Shown here: in pieces, positions 20,290-31,585 of the stretch
How the letters are laid out: every line of letters starts with the position of its first letter
Position numbering within the stretch: position 1 is the first letter of the stretch
From: Malassezia furfur
Lineage: Eukaryota
Reading direction: 5' to 3' (one strand)
NCBI GenBank assembly: GCA_052055015.1
Contig: JBQJIT010000037.1
DNA length: 45,828 bases
Made by a program: the position numbers and the translations under genes
The notes under the pieces: model-generated
Seen by the model: the letters and a program-made list of their open reading frames with translations, nothing else
The model's database searches: none
Told to the model about the DNA's origin: nothing

Positions 20290-22829
20290 ATGGCCGGCCA
20301 GGGAAGCAGCACGGCGGCGATGGAGGAGGACAAACTGCGCATCGAGATGCTCGGTGCTGGGCAGGAAGTCGGGCGCAGCTGCTGCTTCATCTCGTTCAAG
20401 GGCTTCAATATTGTGTGTGACGCGGGCGGTACGTGCCATGGCTGACGCAGTGCATCCGGCGTACACGGGGCTTTCCGCGCTGCCTTTCCTCGACCAGGTA
20501 GACTGGAGCACGGTGGACGCGCTGCTCATTACGCACTTCCACCTCGACCATGCGGCGGCGCTCACCTACATCATGGAAAAGACCAACTTCCGCGACGGGA
20601 AGGGCAAAGTGTACATGACGCACCCGACCAAAGCGATCTACCGCTTCCTCATGTCCGACTTTGTGCGCATTTCGAACGCGGGCAGCGACCGCATGCTATT
20701 TGACGAGTCCGAGATGCTTGCGTCGTGGCGCCAGATCGAGGCGGTCGACTACCACCAGGAGGTGGTGGTGAGCGGCGGTCTGCGGTTCACGCCCTACCAT
20801 GCGGGTCATGTGCTGGGCGCGTGCATGTTCCTGATTGACATTGCCGGGCTGCGTGTGCTGTACACGGGCGACTACAGTCGCGAAGAGGACCGACACCTCG
20901 TGCAGGCCGAGGTGCCGCCCGTGCGGCCCGACGTGCTGATCTGCGAGAGTACCTACGGCACCCAGAGTCTCGAGCCGCGCCTCGAGAAGGAGATGCGCTT
21001 TACGGCATTGATCCACTCGATCATCAAGCGCGGTGGGCGTGTGCTGCTGCCCGTGTTTGTGCTGGGCCGCGCCCAGGAGCTGCTGTTGCTGCTCGACGAG
21101 TACTGGTCCGCACATCCGGAGCTGCACACCGTGCCGATCTACTACGCATCGTCGCTGGCACGCAAGTGCATGTCGATCTACCAGACCTACATCCACACCA
21201 TGAACCAGCACATCCGCACACGCTTCAACCGGCGCGACAACCCGTTCGTGTTCAAACACGTGAGCAACCTACGCAGCCTCGACAAGTTCGAGGACAAGGG
21301 GCCGTGTGTGATGATGGCGAGCCCGGGCTTTATGCAGAGTGGGATCAGCCGCGAGCTCCTCGAGCGCTGGGCGCCGGACAAGCGCAACGGCGTGATTGTG
21401 AGCGGCTACTCCGTCGAGGGCACCATGGCGCGCGACATCCTGAGCGACCCCGACGAGATCGTCGCGATGAACGGGCAGCGAATCCCTCGGCGACTGTCGG
21501 TCGACTATATCTCGTTCTCGGCACATGTTGACTACACGCAGAACTCGCACTTCATCGACGAGGTGCGCGCGAAGCATGTGGTGCTCGTGCACGGCGAGCT
21601 GAAGAACATGAGCGGCCTGCGCGCTGCGCTTCAGAGCCGGTACAACGGGCGTGCCGAGGAGGTACTTCTGTACATGCCGCGCAACTGCGACCCACTCTTT
21701 ATCCCCTTCCGTCCGGACCGCACCGCCAAGGTGATTGGCGCGCTCGCCGAAAAGCCGGCGACGGAGGGCAAGGCGATCAACGGGCTGCTCGTCGCCAAGG
21801 ACTTTTCGTATACGGTGCTTGCGCCCGAGGACCTTGCCGAGTTTACTGGGCTGGGCACCAGCGTGATTGTGCAGCGCCAGCGCGTCGCATTGAACGTCGG
21901 CTGGGAGGTCGTCCGTTGGCACCTCGAGGGCATGTACGGCACTGTGCAGGAGGGCGTCGATGTACAGGGCGTCAAGACGCTGCGTGTGATGAATGTGGTC
22001 GACATCAAGCAGCCCCGCACGCACGAGCTCGTGCTCGAGTGGGTCTCGAGCGTGTCGAACGACATGGTCGCTGACTCGGCCGTCGCGCTGCTGCTCGGCA
22101 TCGACAGCTGCCCCGCGACGGTGAAGATGACGATGCATGACCATGCGTGTGCCCACGCCGCACCCAAGCCCGACGAAAAGCGCGAGCAGCACTTTACGTT
22201 TGTCGAGTCGCTCTCGGCCCTGCTCGAGGCGCACTTTGGGCAGGTCGAGATGATCGAGGTCGGCGGCATGGTCGACGCCGAGTCCGAGGCGCGGCCGCTC
22301 TTGTCCGATGCACCGGCGAACACGGACGCTGGTGAGCACGCGTCGTCTGCGCCGCCCGCTGCGGGTGAGCAACATACCCCCGATGCGCCTGCTGATGCAT
22401 CCGCCGACGCGCCGACCAACGCACCGAACGAGGCGCCGCCTGCCGGCGACGCACGGGCCACCGAGGGCGAGGCCGAGCCGGCCTCGCCGCCGCACTCGCC
22501 GGCGCCTGCCGTGTCGCCACTCGAGGCACTATGTAGCCGGATTTATGGCCCCCTCCGTGCGGCCATGAAGGTGGAGCTCGACGGCGAGCCGGTCGTGATT
22601 GAACTGGAGCATTTGGTACGTGTTTGGACTCACCCAGTCGGTCTATTGTCATGCGGACGGACTGCGGCACCGCGTCGAGCGGCTTGTGTCGATGATGCGC
22701 ACCACGAGCCAGTCGCTCTCTGACTCCTTCCATCTGATCCCCCCCCGCTCCACCATGCTCTTCCAGGGCAAGCACAGCGAGGTGGAGCTGGACGAAAAGA
22801 TCCGGACAATTGATTCCGATACGTCGTAG
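20290..22829 (+). CDS. YSH1: mRNA 3'-processing endonuclease Ysh1/CPSF73
   Basis: LGAGQEVGRSC, THFHLDH, AGHVLGA, YTGDYS and FSAHVD (MBL/beta-CASP). Introns 20429-20450 and 22616-22637 (22 nt each). Confidence 0.97.
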
Positions 22830-22831
22830 CA

Positions 22832-25690
22832 CTACAGGAAACGAATGGTGCGCCGCTCGCGGTCGCCCGCCAGCTGGATCACGCCCTCGGCCTCGAGCAC
22901 CTGGAGCGCATTGTGCAGCTCGGCGGTGTCGATCGGCGTAGAGCTCTGCTCGCGGAGCGCACGCACGGCGTCGGCGAGGCGCACAGGGCGCGTGCCGCCG
23001 CCCGCGAGGTTCGACATGACGTTGAGCAGCTCGGTGCGCAGGTCGCCTGCGAGCCTGCGCTGGTGCAGCGAGCGGCCTGTCGTGATCAGGTCGAGATCGA
23101 TCAACCCCGTCGTGGGGTCGGTCGCGCTCGACTTGGCCGCCTCACGGATCAGCCGGTTGGCCTCCTCGACGTCGTCGACGGTGACGAGCGTCGCGAGGCG
23201 CATGCGTGCATGCGCCTCACTGAGACGGATCATGCTCTCGAGCTGGCGCGTCGTTGCCGTGATGCGGCGCTCCGCACTGCGCGGGTCTTCGCCGGCCTTG
23301 CGCAGCTCGACGTAGCGCAGCGCAAGGCGGTCGGCGGCCTCGCCCGTGAGCACCGGCGAGATGTTGGCACGTGCGTACGAGATGTACGCGGTGAGCAGCT
23401 CGACAGGAAGCACGTCGGTTGCGGCCGAGTTGGGCGCGTCCTCGAGGTAGAGGCCGACGAGGTGGCGCGCAAGGCGCCGGTCGTTGACCTCGTCGACGTG
23501 GTCCAGCACGAGGTAGACGAGGTCGAAGCGGCTGATCAGCGTCGGCGGCAAATCGATGTTCTTGGAGATGGGCAGCTTGGGGTTGTACTTGGACCCGATC
23601 GGGTTGGCCGCCGCCAGCACCGATGTGCGCGCGTTGAGCGTGGTAATGATGCCCGCCTTGGCGATCGACACCGTCTGCTGCTCCATCACTTCGTGCAGCA
23701 CACTACGCGTGCCGTCCGACATCTTGTCGAACTCGTCGATGCAGCACACACCGCCGTCGGACAGCACCAGTGCGCCACTCTCGAGCACGAGCTGCTTCGT
23801 CTCGGGGTCGCGCGTCACGTAAGCCGTAAGACCCACCGCGGACGAACCCTTGCCGGATACGTACATACCACGTGGCGCAATTTTGTGCACGTACTGCAGC
23901 ATCTGGCTCTTGGACGTACCAGGGTCGCCGACGATCAGCACGTTGATGTCGCCGCGGTACCGCGGCCCGCCCATCCCGCCGCCAGACGCAATCGACTTGT
24001 TCGTACCGCCAAACAGCTGGAGGAGCACGCCGCGCTTCATATCCTCCATCTCGTAGATCGACGGCGCCAGACTGCGTGCCAGCAGGTCGTAGACGTCGTC
24101 ACGGCGCGCAATCTCCTCGATCTGCTCGCGGATCTCTTGGCGTGGGAGCAAGTCGACGCGGCCCGTCGACGGCGGCGGAAGCGACGCACTCTCGCCGGTC
24201 GCCTGCGCGTGCGCATTGAACTCCTCGCCCTCGTCGTCTCCACCGACGCCGACCGACTGTACGTTGCTCTGGTCGCGCGTCGACACGTCCACCGCCAGGC
24301 GCCGGGCGTTGTTGAGACGCACGTGCACCACGTCCACGTATGTCTTGAACAGGCTCTTCAACGAGCGCTGCCGCGGGTTCACACGCACGGGAATGCCGCG
24401 GAAAATGCCCGTGACTTCGATCCGGTCACCGGGCTTGCAGATATCCACCAGCTCGTCGTACACGCATAGACTAAGCGTGTGCGGCGTCTGACCATCGGGC
24501 ACAACGTCCGGCGTCTCCTGCAGACGGATCACTTGCCGGTCCGCAAACTCGCACCGGTTGTGGATGAGCGACAGCGAGCCCAGCTGATTACACACATCGC
24601 GCGGGCACCGCTGTGGCTCGGTAATGCGTCCACGGTCGATCTCAACCTTGACTGTGTGGTTACACACCAAACACCGAAAGAAGGCAACCTTCATATCGGG
24701 GATGATGGGCGTCACACGGATGACCAACCCACGCACCGTCGTCAGTTTGTCAATGTCCTGCGGGTTCAGCTCGCGCATGTTGGTCGCCGTGCCGCCATAT
24801 GGCCGCACTTTGTAGTTGAGCGTCTCCATCAGCTCAATCTGCTCGCGCGTCGTTTCGCCGTCGTCGTCGGCCGCACGGCGCAAATCCTCTTCGGCGAGCT
24901 CGAGCATTTCGTCCTTGAGGATCTGGTCCATGATGGGCACCACCTCTTGCGGGTATCTCTCAAGCTGGAGGGCAAGGCGCTTCGATGGTGGGAACGCAAT
25001 CAAGTCGGTGATGCGCAGGTTGAGGTTCGTCTGGTTGGTGAAACGCATCTGGCGCAAATAGTCCTCGTAGAGAAGTAGCTCGCCATTCGCATCCGGAGGC
25101 CACGCCTGCGACAAGCCGTGGCTCCGTGCATACGCCCACCGGTACTTTAGCCGGAAGCCACGCAGGAAGGCACGGAAGACCTGCATCGTGTCGCCAACCG
25201 ACACGTTGGTTCCCCAGATCACCTTTTCGTTGCCGGACCGGATCTGCTCCTCTTCCTCCTGCGACAGGCTCTGCGAGAAGGTCAAAGCATCAGACGGCGC
25301 ACTTGGCGTGCCGCTGTCCGAGTCGGGCGCACGCAATGGCACCTGGCGCCGGCGGAAAACGCTCGGCGAACTGCCGGTGACTGACGAGTGAATATCGCCA
25401 CGGCGGCTGCGCCGCGGCGTCGTGCCGGACGACGGTGGGAAAAAGAGCGGCTCACTGTCGCCCGACAAGCTCGACGCCGCCCAGGTGCGGCGCACGGGCG
25501 GCGTCTGCTGCGGCTGGCTGGGCGACGACATGGGAAAGGCCAGCGGGGACCGGTGGGAGCCGGACGACTCTGATGGAGGCCGCCGCGGCTGTGAGTGCCG
25601 CCCAGGACTGCTGGACGGAATACCTAGACTCGACTCTTGCGCATCGTACGAATGTCCGTCCGAAGACGGCGCGCCGTACGGATCTGCCAT
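22832..25690 (-). CDS. MCM4: DNA replication licensing factor Mcm4
   Basis: IWGTNVS, Zn finger CLVC..CPRDVC, LIHNRCEFADRQ..LQETPD.VPDGQTPH, Walker A GDPGTSKSQ, IDEFDKM, SRFD. The likely ATG is 25690. Confidence 0.97.
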   Translation of the reverse strand: MADPYGAPSSDGHSYDAQESSLGIPSSSPGRHSQPRRPPSESSGSHRSPLAFPMSSPSQPQQTPPVRRTWAASSLSGDSEPLFFPPSSGTTPRRSRRGDIHSSVTGSSPSVFRRRQVPLRAPDSDSGTPSAPSDALTFSQSLSQEEEEQIRSGNEKVIWGTNVSVGDTMQVFRAFLRGFRLKYRWAYARSHGLSQAWPPDANGELLLYEDYLRQMRFTNQTNLNLRITDLIAFPPSKRLALQLERYPQEVVPIMDQILKDEMLELAEEDLRRAADDDGETTREQIELMETLNYKVRPYGGTATNMRELNPQDIDKLTTVRGLVIRVTPIIPDMKVAFFRCLVCNHTVKVEIDRGRITEPQRCPRDVCNQLGSLSLIHNRCEFADRQVIRLQETPDVVPDGQTPHTLSLCVYDELVDICKPGDRIEVTGIFRGIPVRVNPRQRSLKSLFKTYVDVVHVRLNNARRLAVDVSTRDQSNVQSVGVGGDDEGEEFNAHAQATGESASLPPPSTGRVDLLPRQEIREQIEEIARRDDVYDLLARSLAPSIYEMEDMKRGVLLQLFGGTNKSIASGGGMGGPRYRGDINVLIVGDPGTSKSQMLQYVHKIAPRGMYVSGKGSSAVGLTAYVTRDPETKQLVLESGALVLSDGGVCCIDEFDKMSDGTRSVLHEVMEQQTVSIAKAGIITTLNARTSVLAAANPIGSKYNPKLPISKNIDLPPTLISRFDLVYLVLDHVDEVNDRRLARHLVGLYLEDAPNSAATDVLPVELLTAYISYARANISPVLTGEAADRLALRYVELRKAGEDPRSAERRITATTRQLESMIRLSEAHARMRLATLVTVDDVEEANRLIREAAKSSATDPTTGLIDLDLITTGRSLHQRRLAGDLRTELLNVMSNLAGGGTRPVRLADAVRALREQSSTPIDTAELHNALQVLEAEGVIQLAGDRERRTIRFL

Positions 25691-25695
25691 GGTCG

Positions 25696-25731
25696 ACGCG
25701 ACGAAGCGCGCGGCGGCGCTGGTGCCACGTG
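25696..25731. promoter_or_regulatory. MCM4/MAD2 bidirectional promoter: ACGCGA (MCB-like) and CACGTG
   Basis: ACGCGA at 25696-25701 and CACGTG at 25726-25731 lie within the 54 nt between the divergent ATGs. Confidence 0.45.
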
Positions 25732-25744
25732 GCTCCACTCTACC

Positions 25745-26464
25745 ATGGCGCAGGCGCAGGCGCAGGCGGCGCCGACGCGCACGCACCTCACGCTCAAAGG
25801 GTCCACGGCGCTGGTGCACGAGTTCTTTAGCTACTCAGTACAGAGCATTCTCTACCAGCGCTCTATTTACCCCTCGGAGGATTTCCGGACAGTCAAAAAG
25901 TTTGGGCTCCAGATGCTCGCGACGACCGACGACGACCTTGCCGACTACCTGGACCGCGCCATGGCGCAGCTCAAGACATGGCTCGAGCAGAGCAAGGTAC
26001 GCCGTCTCGTGGTCGCCATTGTCGAGAAAGAGTCCCAAGAAACGGTCGAGCGGTGGCAGTTTGACATCGAGGTCGTGAACGAAGGCTTGGATGCCGCACA
26101 GCCGTACGCACACTACCGACTCACGCAGCGATGCACCCATCGGGAAAGACGCGCCCAAGTCGATGCAAAAAACAGACGCGCAAGTCAAAGCTGAGATTGC
26201 AGCGATCATTAAGCAGATTACCGCGTCGTGTACCTTCTTGCCGATGCTCGAGGAGCCCTGTACGTGGTGACACTAACCTCAGGCGCGTTCCAAATTCTCG
26301 CCTATACCGACTCTGACGTACAGGTGCCCGTGGAGTGGACCGATTCCAACGCGCGCCTCATCGCCGAGGGCCAGGCGGAGCAGGTGAAGCTCCGCAGTTT
26401 CTCCACTCATGTCCATCGTGTCGATGCGATGGTGGCTTACCGGCGCGAGGAGGACGATGTATAG
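25745..26464 (+). CDS. MAD2: Spindle checkpoint HORMA protein Mad2
   Basis: LTLKGSTALVHEFFSYSVQSILYQRSIYPSEDF, ERWQFD, IIKQITASCTFLP, VKLRSFST..HRVD. Introns 26104-26128 and 26260-26282. Confidence 0.96.
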
Positions 26465-26485
26465 GCAACATATTGTACACTATCG

Positions 26486-27347
<862 letters not shown>

Positions 27348-27379
27348 GCTCACGAGCCACCTGGCGAGGTGGATTTCGC

Positions 27380-27385
27380 CACGTG
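27380..27385. promoter_or_regulatory. CACGTG box between divergent SIW14 and ATP20
   Basis: gcCACGTGg in the 133-nt intergenic region. Confidence 0.5.
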
Positions 27386-27480
27386 GAGTACGGCCGAGTT
27401 GTTCCGGGCGCCTGATTCAAGCTCGGCCGTGAGTTTCTTGTTTGTCTCCAGCCGCACGGCGCCTTTTCGACTCGATTCCC

Positions 27481-27979
27481 ATGCTTCGCCAGATGATCCG
27501 TGGTGCGACGCCGCTGTCGCAGGCGTCTCGTCTCGCTACTCGCCAGACGGTCCGTTCCTACTCGACTGCGCCCAACCAGGGCAATGCCCTCATGGAGCGT
27601 GCCCAGCAGCTCGGTTCTCAGGTGGCCAAGACCGCGGAGCGCCTTCTCGGTCGTTACTCGGAGCCGATCATGTACAACCTGCGTGTTGCTGGCTCGCTGT
27701 TGAAGCAGGTGTACATCGCTGAGAAGCTCACGCCCCCTACGCAGCTCTCGACCTGGACCGCGGCGTATCGCCAGATGTTTGCCAACGTTACCAACCCGTC
27801 GTGGTGGACGCACACGCTCCCTGGCGGCGAATGGCGCCGCGTTGCGCTCTACGGCACCGAGGCTGTCGGCATTTTCGCTATCGGCGAAATTGTATGTGGC
27901 CTGACTAACCCAGATTGGCAAGCGCTCGCTCGTTGGATACAAGCTCAACACCAAGGGCAAGGACGCGGGCCACCACTAA
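27481..27979 (+). CDS. ATP20: Mitochondrial ATP synthase subunit g
   Basis: YNLRVAGSLLKQVYIAEKLTPP...EAVGIFAIGEI|IGKRSLVGY after removing intron 27892-27913 (22 nt). Confidence 0.92.
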
Positions 27980-28003
27980 ATGTGTTGTAGCACCAAACAC
28001 CCA

Positions 28004-28666
28004 TTATTCCGCTTTGGTGTGCGCTGCTGGTCCGAGAATACGCATGATTCGGCAGACCATATCGACCATGATCCACGCAGGGATCAGCAGAAAAGGAATA
28101 TAGTTCCTCGCGGTCAGATCATCACGTACTGGAGGAGGAAGGCGAGGTTCGCATCGGTCAGAGAAGCGCGTTCGGTACCCATGATCACCGTCGCAATACA
28201 TTGCAGTGTCGTAAAGCTCGCTGCGTCAGTCATACACTTACCGATCGCTCCATACACAACCAGCAGGGGATAGATGCGCCGGTCGTCTGCCTGTCAGCGC
28301 GCGCGACCTACCGTGCCAGAGCGCATACATCCCCAACAAGAACGCTGGCACCTGGATGACGAACTCGCTGAGCAACGACATGCGGAACCAAATGTAGTTG
28401 GGCAACCAGGTGCTAGGGATCAAAGGGTCCGCACTTTTCTCGAGATAGTCTGTGTAAGCGTGTGCAAGCGCACCTTGAAGTACGTCACGGAGCACAGCTG
28501 GGACATAGTTCGACGGAACGAGACCCTGGACTGCGGTGAGTCACAACCACCTACTGTCGACAAGTGCACTAGCGAGTAGATGGAACGCAAAGTACACAAA
28601 AAAGATCAGGTCTACGTATCGCTTGTGCAATGGCACCACGGCCTGCGCACGCGCAACTGCGGTCAT
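28004..28666 (-). CDS. EXPERA-domain (TMEM97/TM6SF-like) membrane protein
   Basis: Introns 28531-28554, 28287-28311, 28221-28241 and 28107-28129. R..DLIFFVYFAFHL...VDIQ...Y...SADPL...WF....EFVIQVP...NYIPFLLIP..IMVDM. Confidence 0.8.
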
Positions 28667-28711
28667 GGTCGAAGGTAGATGCCTCCACACGTACGTCTGG
28701 CGGATGTGCAG

Positions 28712-29224
28712 CTACGGAGACTTGAGGCCCTCGGCGGCTTCGGCAAGACGGTCGGTCCGCGCAGCCATCACAAAGTCATTATGGTGCAACTGTAGGTAAG
28801 TAGCATAACATACGCCATTCAGGGAGTGACTCCACCAGTACACCGCGACGCTGCCCCACTCGAGCAGGATTGCGGGGTGGTGGCCTTCGGCATCGGCTTC
28901 TTTGCCAACCTCCCCCGCAAACTTTGCCGCTGTGGCAAAATTTTTGAAGCGGTATACTTTAAACAAAGAGTCTGGGAGCTCCTGAGGCTCGCCTGCCACG
29001 GGCTGCGGGCGGAGGGCCCAGCCGGGAGCAAGCGACACAAGCGATTTCTGGATCTCGTCCTGGCTCATCTTTTCGATGCCGAGCTCCCGAATCGCCTTTT
29101 TGCTGCATGGAACACAGTGGCCATCGGCTAGATTCTGAAGTGACATGGCTGTAGAAAAGCGACGCGGAGCGGCAAGCGAGCAACGAGACACCAAACGCAC
29201 GGCCTGCAGGGATGGTCGCAGCAT
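28712..29224 (-). CDS. Pterin-4-alpha-carbinolamine dehydratase (PCBD/PhhB family) with mitochondrial presequence
   Basis: CVPC, YRFKNF..A..F...V...ADAEGHHPAI...W..V...WWSHSLNG|LHHNDFVMAARTD. Probable 24-nt in-frame intron at 28790-28813. Confidence 0.92.
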   Translation of the reverse strand: MLRPSLQAVRLVSRCSLAAPRRFSTAMSLQNLADGHCVPCSKKAIRELGIEKMSQDEIQKSLVSLAPGWALRPQPVAGEPQELPDSLFKVYRFKNFATAAKFAGEVGKEADAEGHHPAILLEWGSVAVYWWSHSLNGVCYATYLQLHHNDFVMAARTDRLAEAAEGLKSP

Positions 29225-29254
29225 GTCTGTGCGCTGACTAAGCTCGTCACCAGC

Positions 29255-29733
29255 ATGTCCTACTTCCTGACGCACCTGCCGTCCGGTACGTGGCGCGCGA
29301 TTAACGCAGGGTGGCACGTGGACCAGGCGATATTGTCTGAAGAGGAGCGTGTCGTGGTGATTCGTTTCGGGCATGACTGGGTGCGTGCTTTGGCTGACTG
29401 ACCCAGGACGAAACATGCATGGTGATGGACGAGACGCTATTTGGGATTTCCGAGCGCGTCAAGAACTTTGCGGTGATTTACCTGGTGGACATTACGCAGG
29501 TTCCCGACTTTACCAAGATGTATGAGCTTTACGACCCATGCACGGTCATGTTCTTTTTCCGCAACAAACATATAATGATCGACCTGGGCACCGGTAACAA
29601 CAACAAAATCAACTGGGCCATCGACAACAAGCAAGAGATGATCGACATTATTGAGACCGTGTACCGAGGCGCTTCCAAGGGCCGCGGTCTTGTTATCAGC
29701 CCGAAGGACTACTCGACGCGGTACCGCTATTAA
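29255..29733 (+). CDS. DIB1: U5 snRNP thioredoxin-like protein Dib1/Dim1
   Basis: Removing introns 29286-29309 and 29381-29406 gives MSYFLTHLPSGWHVDQAILSEEERVVVIRFGHDWDETCMVMDETL...SPKDYSTRYRY. Confidence 0.97.
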
Positions 29734-31564
29734 TTATATATCCCATTCCTCCTCGTCATCTTGTCCCCATTCCTCGTCCGTGCCCGGCTCGCCTTCCGTT
29801 CCTTCCTCTGCTCCATACGCCGCACATGCGCTCTCGAGCGTCTCGCGCAGCTCGCGCAAGCCATCGAGGCCGCCAATGGCTCCCTCCGTCTCGTCCAATA
29901 GGGTCCGTGCGCCGCTGGCGACGCCGTACGCCTCCAGGGGTTCTCGGCGGCTCACCACGTGGGTCACCAAGGCACGCGCATCGCGGAGCAGCGACAGGGT
30001 ATCTGGGGTCGTCCGTAGCGATGCCATAGCAGGCATAGCGCTGGGCTTTGTGTGCACCTCATGCTCACTGGTCAGTGGACGTCCGTCTCGAGTGAGGTTG
30101 CGGAAGATGGACGGATAGGCACTTTGAAGCGGATAGGCAAGACGCGAATACGTTCTGGGTGAGTTCCATAACATACACATGGAGCAAAGGTGACTGCGCC
30201 GGGTTCCACTTGTGAATCGCGGCCAGCGTGGGTGTTTCTGCCATCGGATCGGCGTCGCGTGCAACCACCGCCTCCGCAAACGGCGCTGCGGCAGTCGGAG
30301 GAGCGACAGCGGACACGACCACGTCGTCGTCCAATCCAGCTCGTATGCCGTGGGAGTACGATAGCGAGGCATCGTACCATGTGCGCCCGAGAACGGCCGC
30401 AGCTGCGGATGAGTCGGGTCGAGCTGTATCGATGCGCATATTCCGAGCAGCAAACATGGCCTCGATGAGCGCATCGGTGGGGTCCGGCTTGGCACGAATG
30501 GGAGCAAGGAGCGGAGTAGGGAATACGCCACCGAGCTGCGCCAGTTTGGTATCCTTGCGCCAGTTGAGCTGCGATACGATGCGACCCCAGCTTTCCAGCT
30601 CACGTAGACGCGTACTAAGTGTTGCTGTTTCCATGTACGTCGCCATCACAGCACTGCGCTCGTATGGATCGTCGGCGTCGTAGTGAACATGCTCGCTCTG
30701 CGCAGCATCAGTACCCAATGGGACTTGCAGCGTCGCAAGGTCGAGTGAGGAGGCGAGTGAGAACACCTGGTTCATAGCATACACTTTGCGTAGCCGCTGG
30801 CTGCGTTCGGAGTCATCCATTGGTGCGCGGCTTGCGACATGGAAGACGACGCGTTCCGTCTTGGGGTATTCGTCTGCAAGCCACGCCAGGTACGCACCGT
30901 TCACGCCCGAGAACGCATCCGATGCGCTCGAGGTGACTTGGAACGCCTGCATCAAGTCGCTGTCCTCTGCAAGCCAGCGCACGTTCTCGTCCACGATGGC
31001 ATGGTCGCGCTCCATGGCCTGAGCCACTGCATAACCCTGCTCGTACGTGTCAAAGGCCTGGATGCCCGGCTGCAGGAACGCCGTGCCGTGCAAGCTGGGC
31101 GCACTCACCGGGACCAGCGTCCGCGGATGCAGCATGCACCGTGCATAATCTGACCAGTACCGCAGCGGGCGTCCCTGCGGAGCGGTGTCTTCTTCGTGCG
31201 CGGTACCTTCGTCTTCGCGCCGCAGCTGGTCGGCGTACCAGCTGGACTCGATGGGCTCGCCAGTCTGGACCACCTCACCCTGCCACTGCTGTCGCATTTC
31301 GTCGTCTTCCTCGGCCCCATACAAGGCATTGTGGGTGCGCAGCGTGCCAAACTCAGGCCGCACATCGAAAAAAAGCGCGCGCGGGGTGTAGGTGGATTCG
31401 CCGTGCACGCCGAGCCCCTCGCGAAACGACACATCGTGGTCAACGAGGGGCGCACTACTCGATGGTCCATACTCCATGTACGCCTCTTGCGTGTTCCAAA
31501 AATGAGTCGCGACATGGTTCGCCGGCGTGCCGAAGGCGACATGCACCACCTCCTTCGGATGCAT
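29734..31564 (-). CDS. DML1: Dml1/Misato tubulin-like protein
   Basis: KEVVHVAFG..ANHVATHFWNTQEAY, TYTPRALFFD...FGTL, RYWSDY....HPRT, R.LAEDSD.MQAFQ, YP.IF. Intron 30155-30176 (22 nt). Confidence 0.92.
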
Positions 31565-31585
31565 CGTGTGTGGAGGTCGTCGACG

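Noticed and set aside
22270..22520. Ala/Pro/Glu-rich stretch in the YSH1 C-terminal region as a possible intein or mobile insert
   Set aside because: It is a low-complexity linker with no intein, endonuclease or repeat-boundary signatures.
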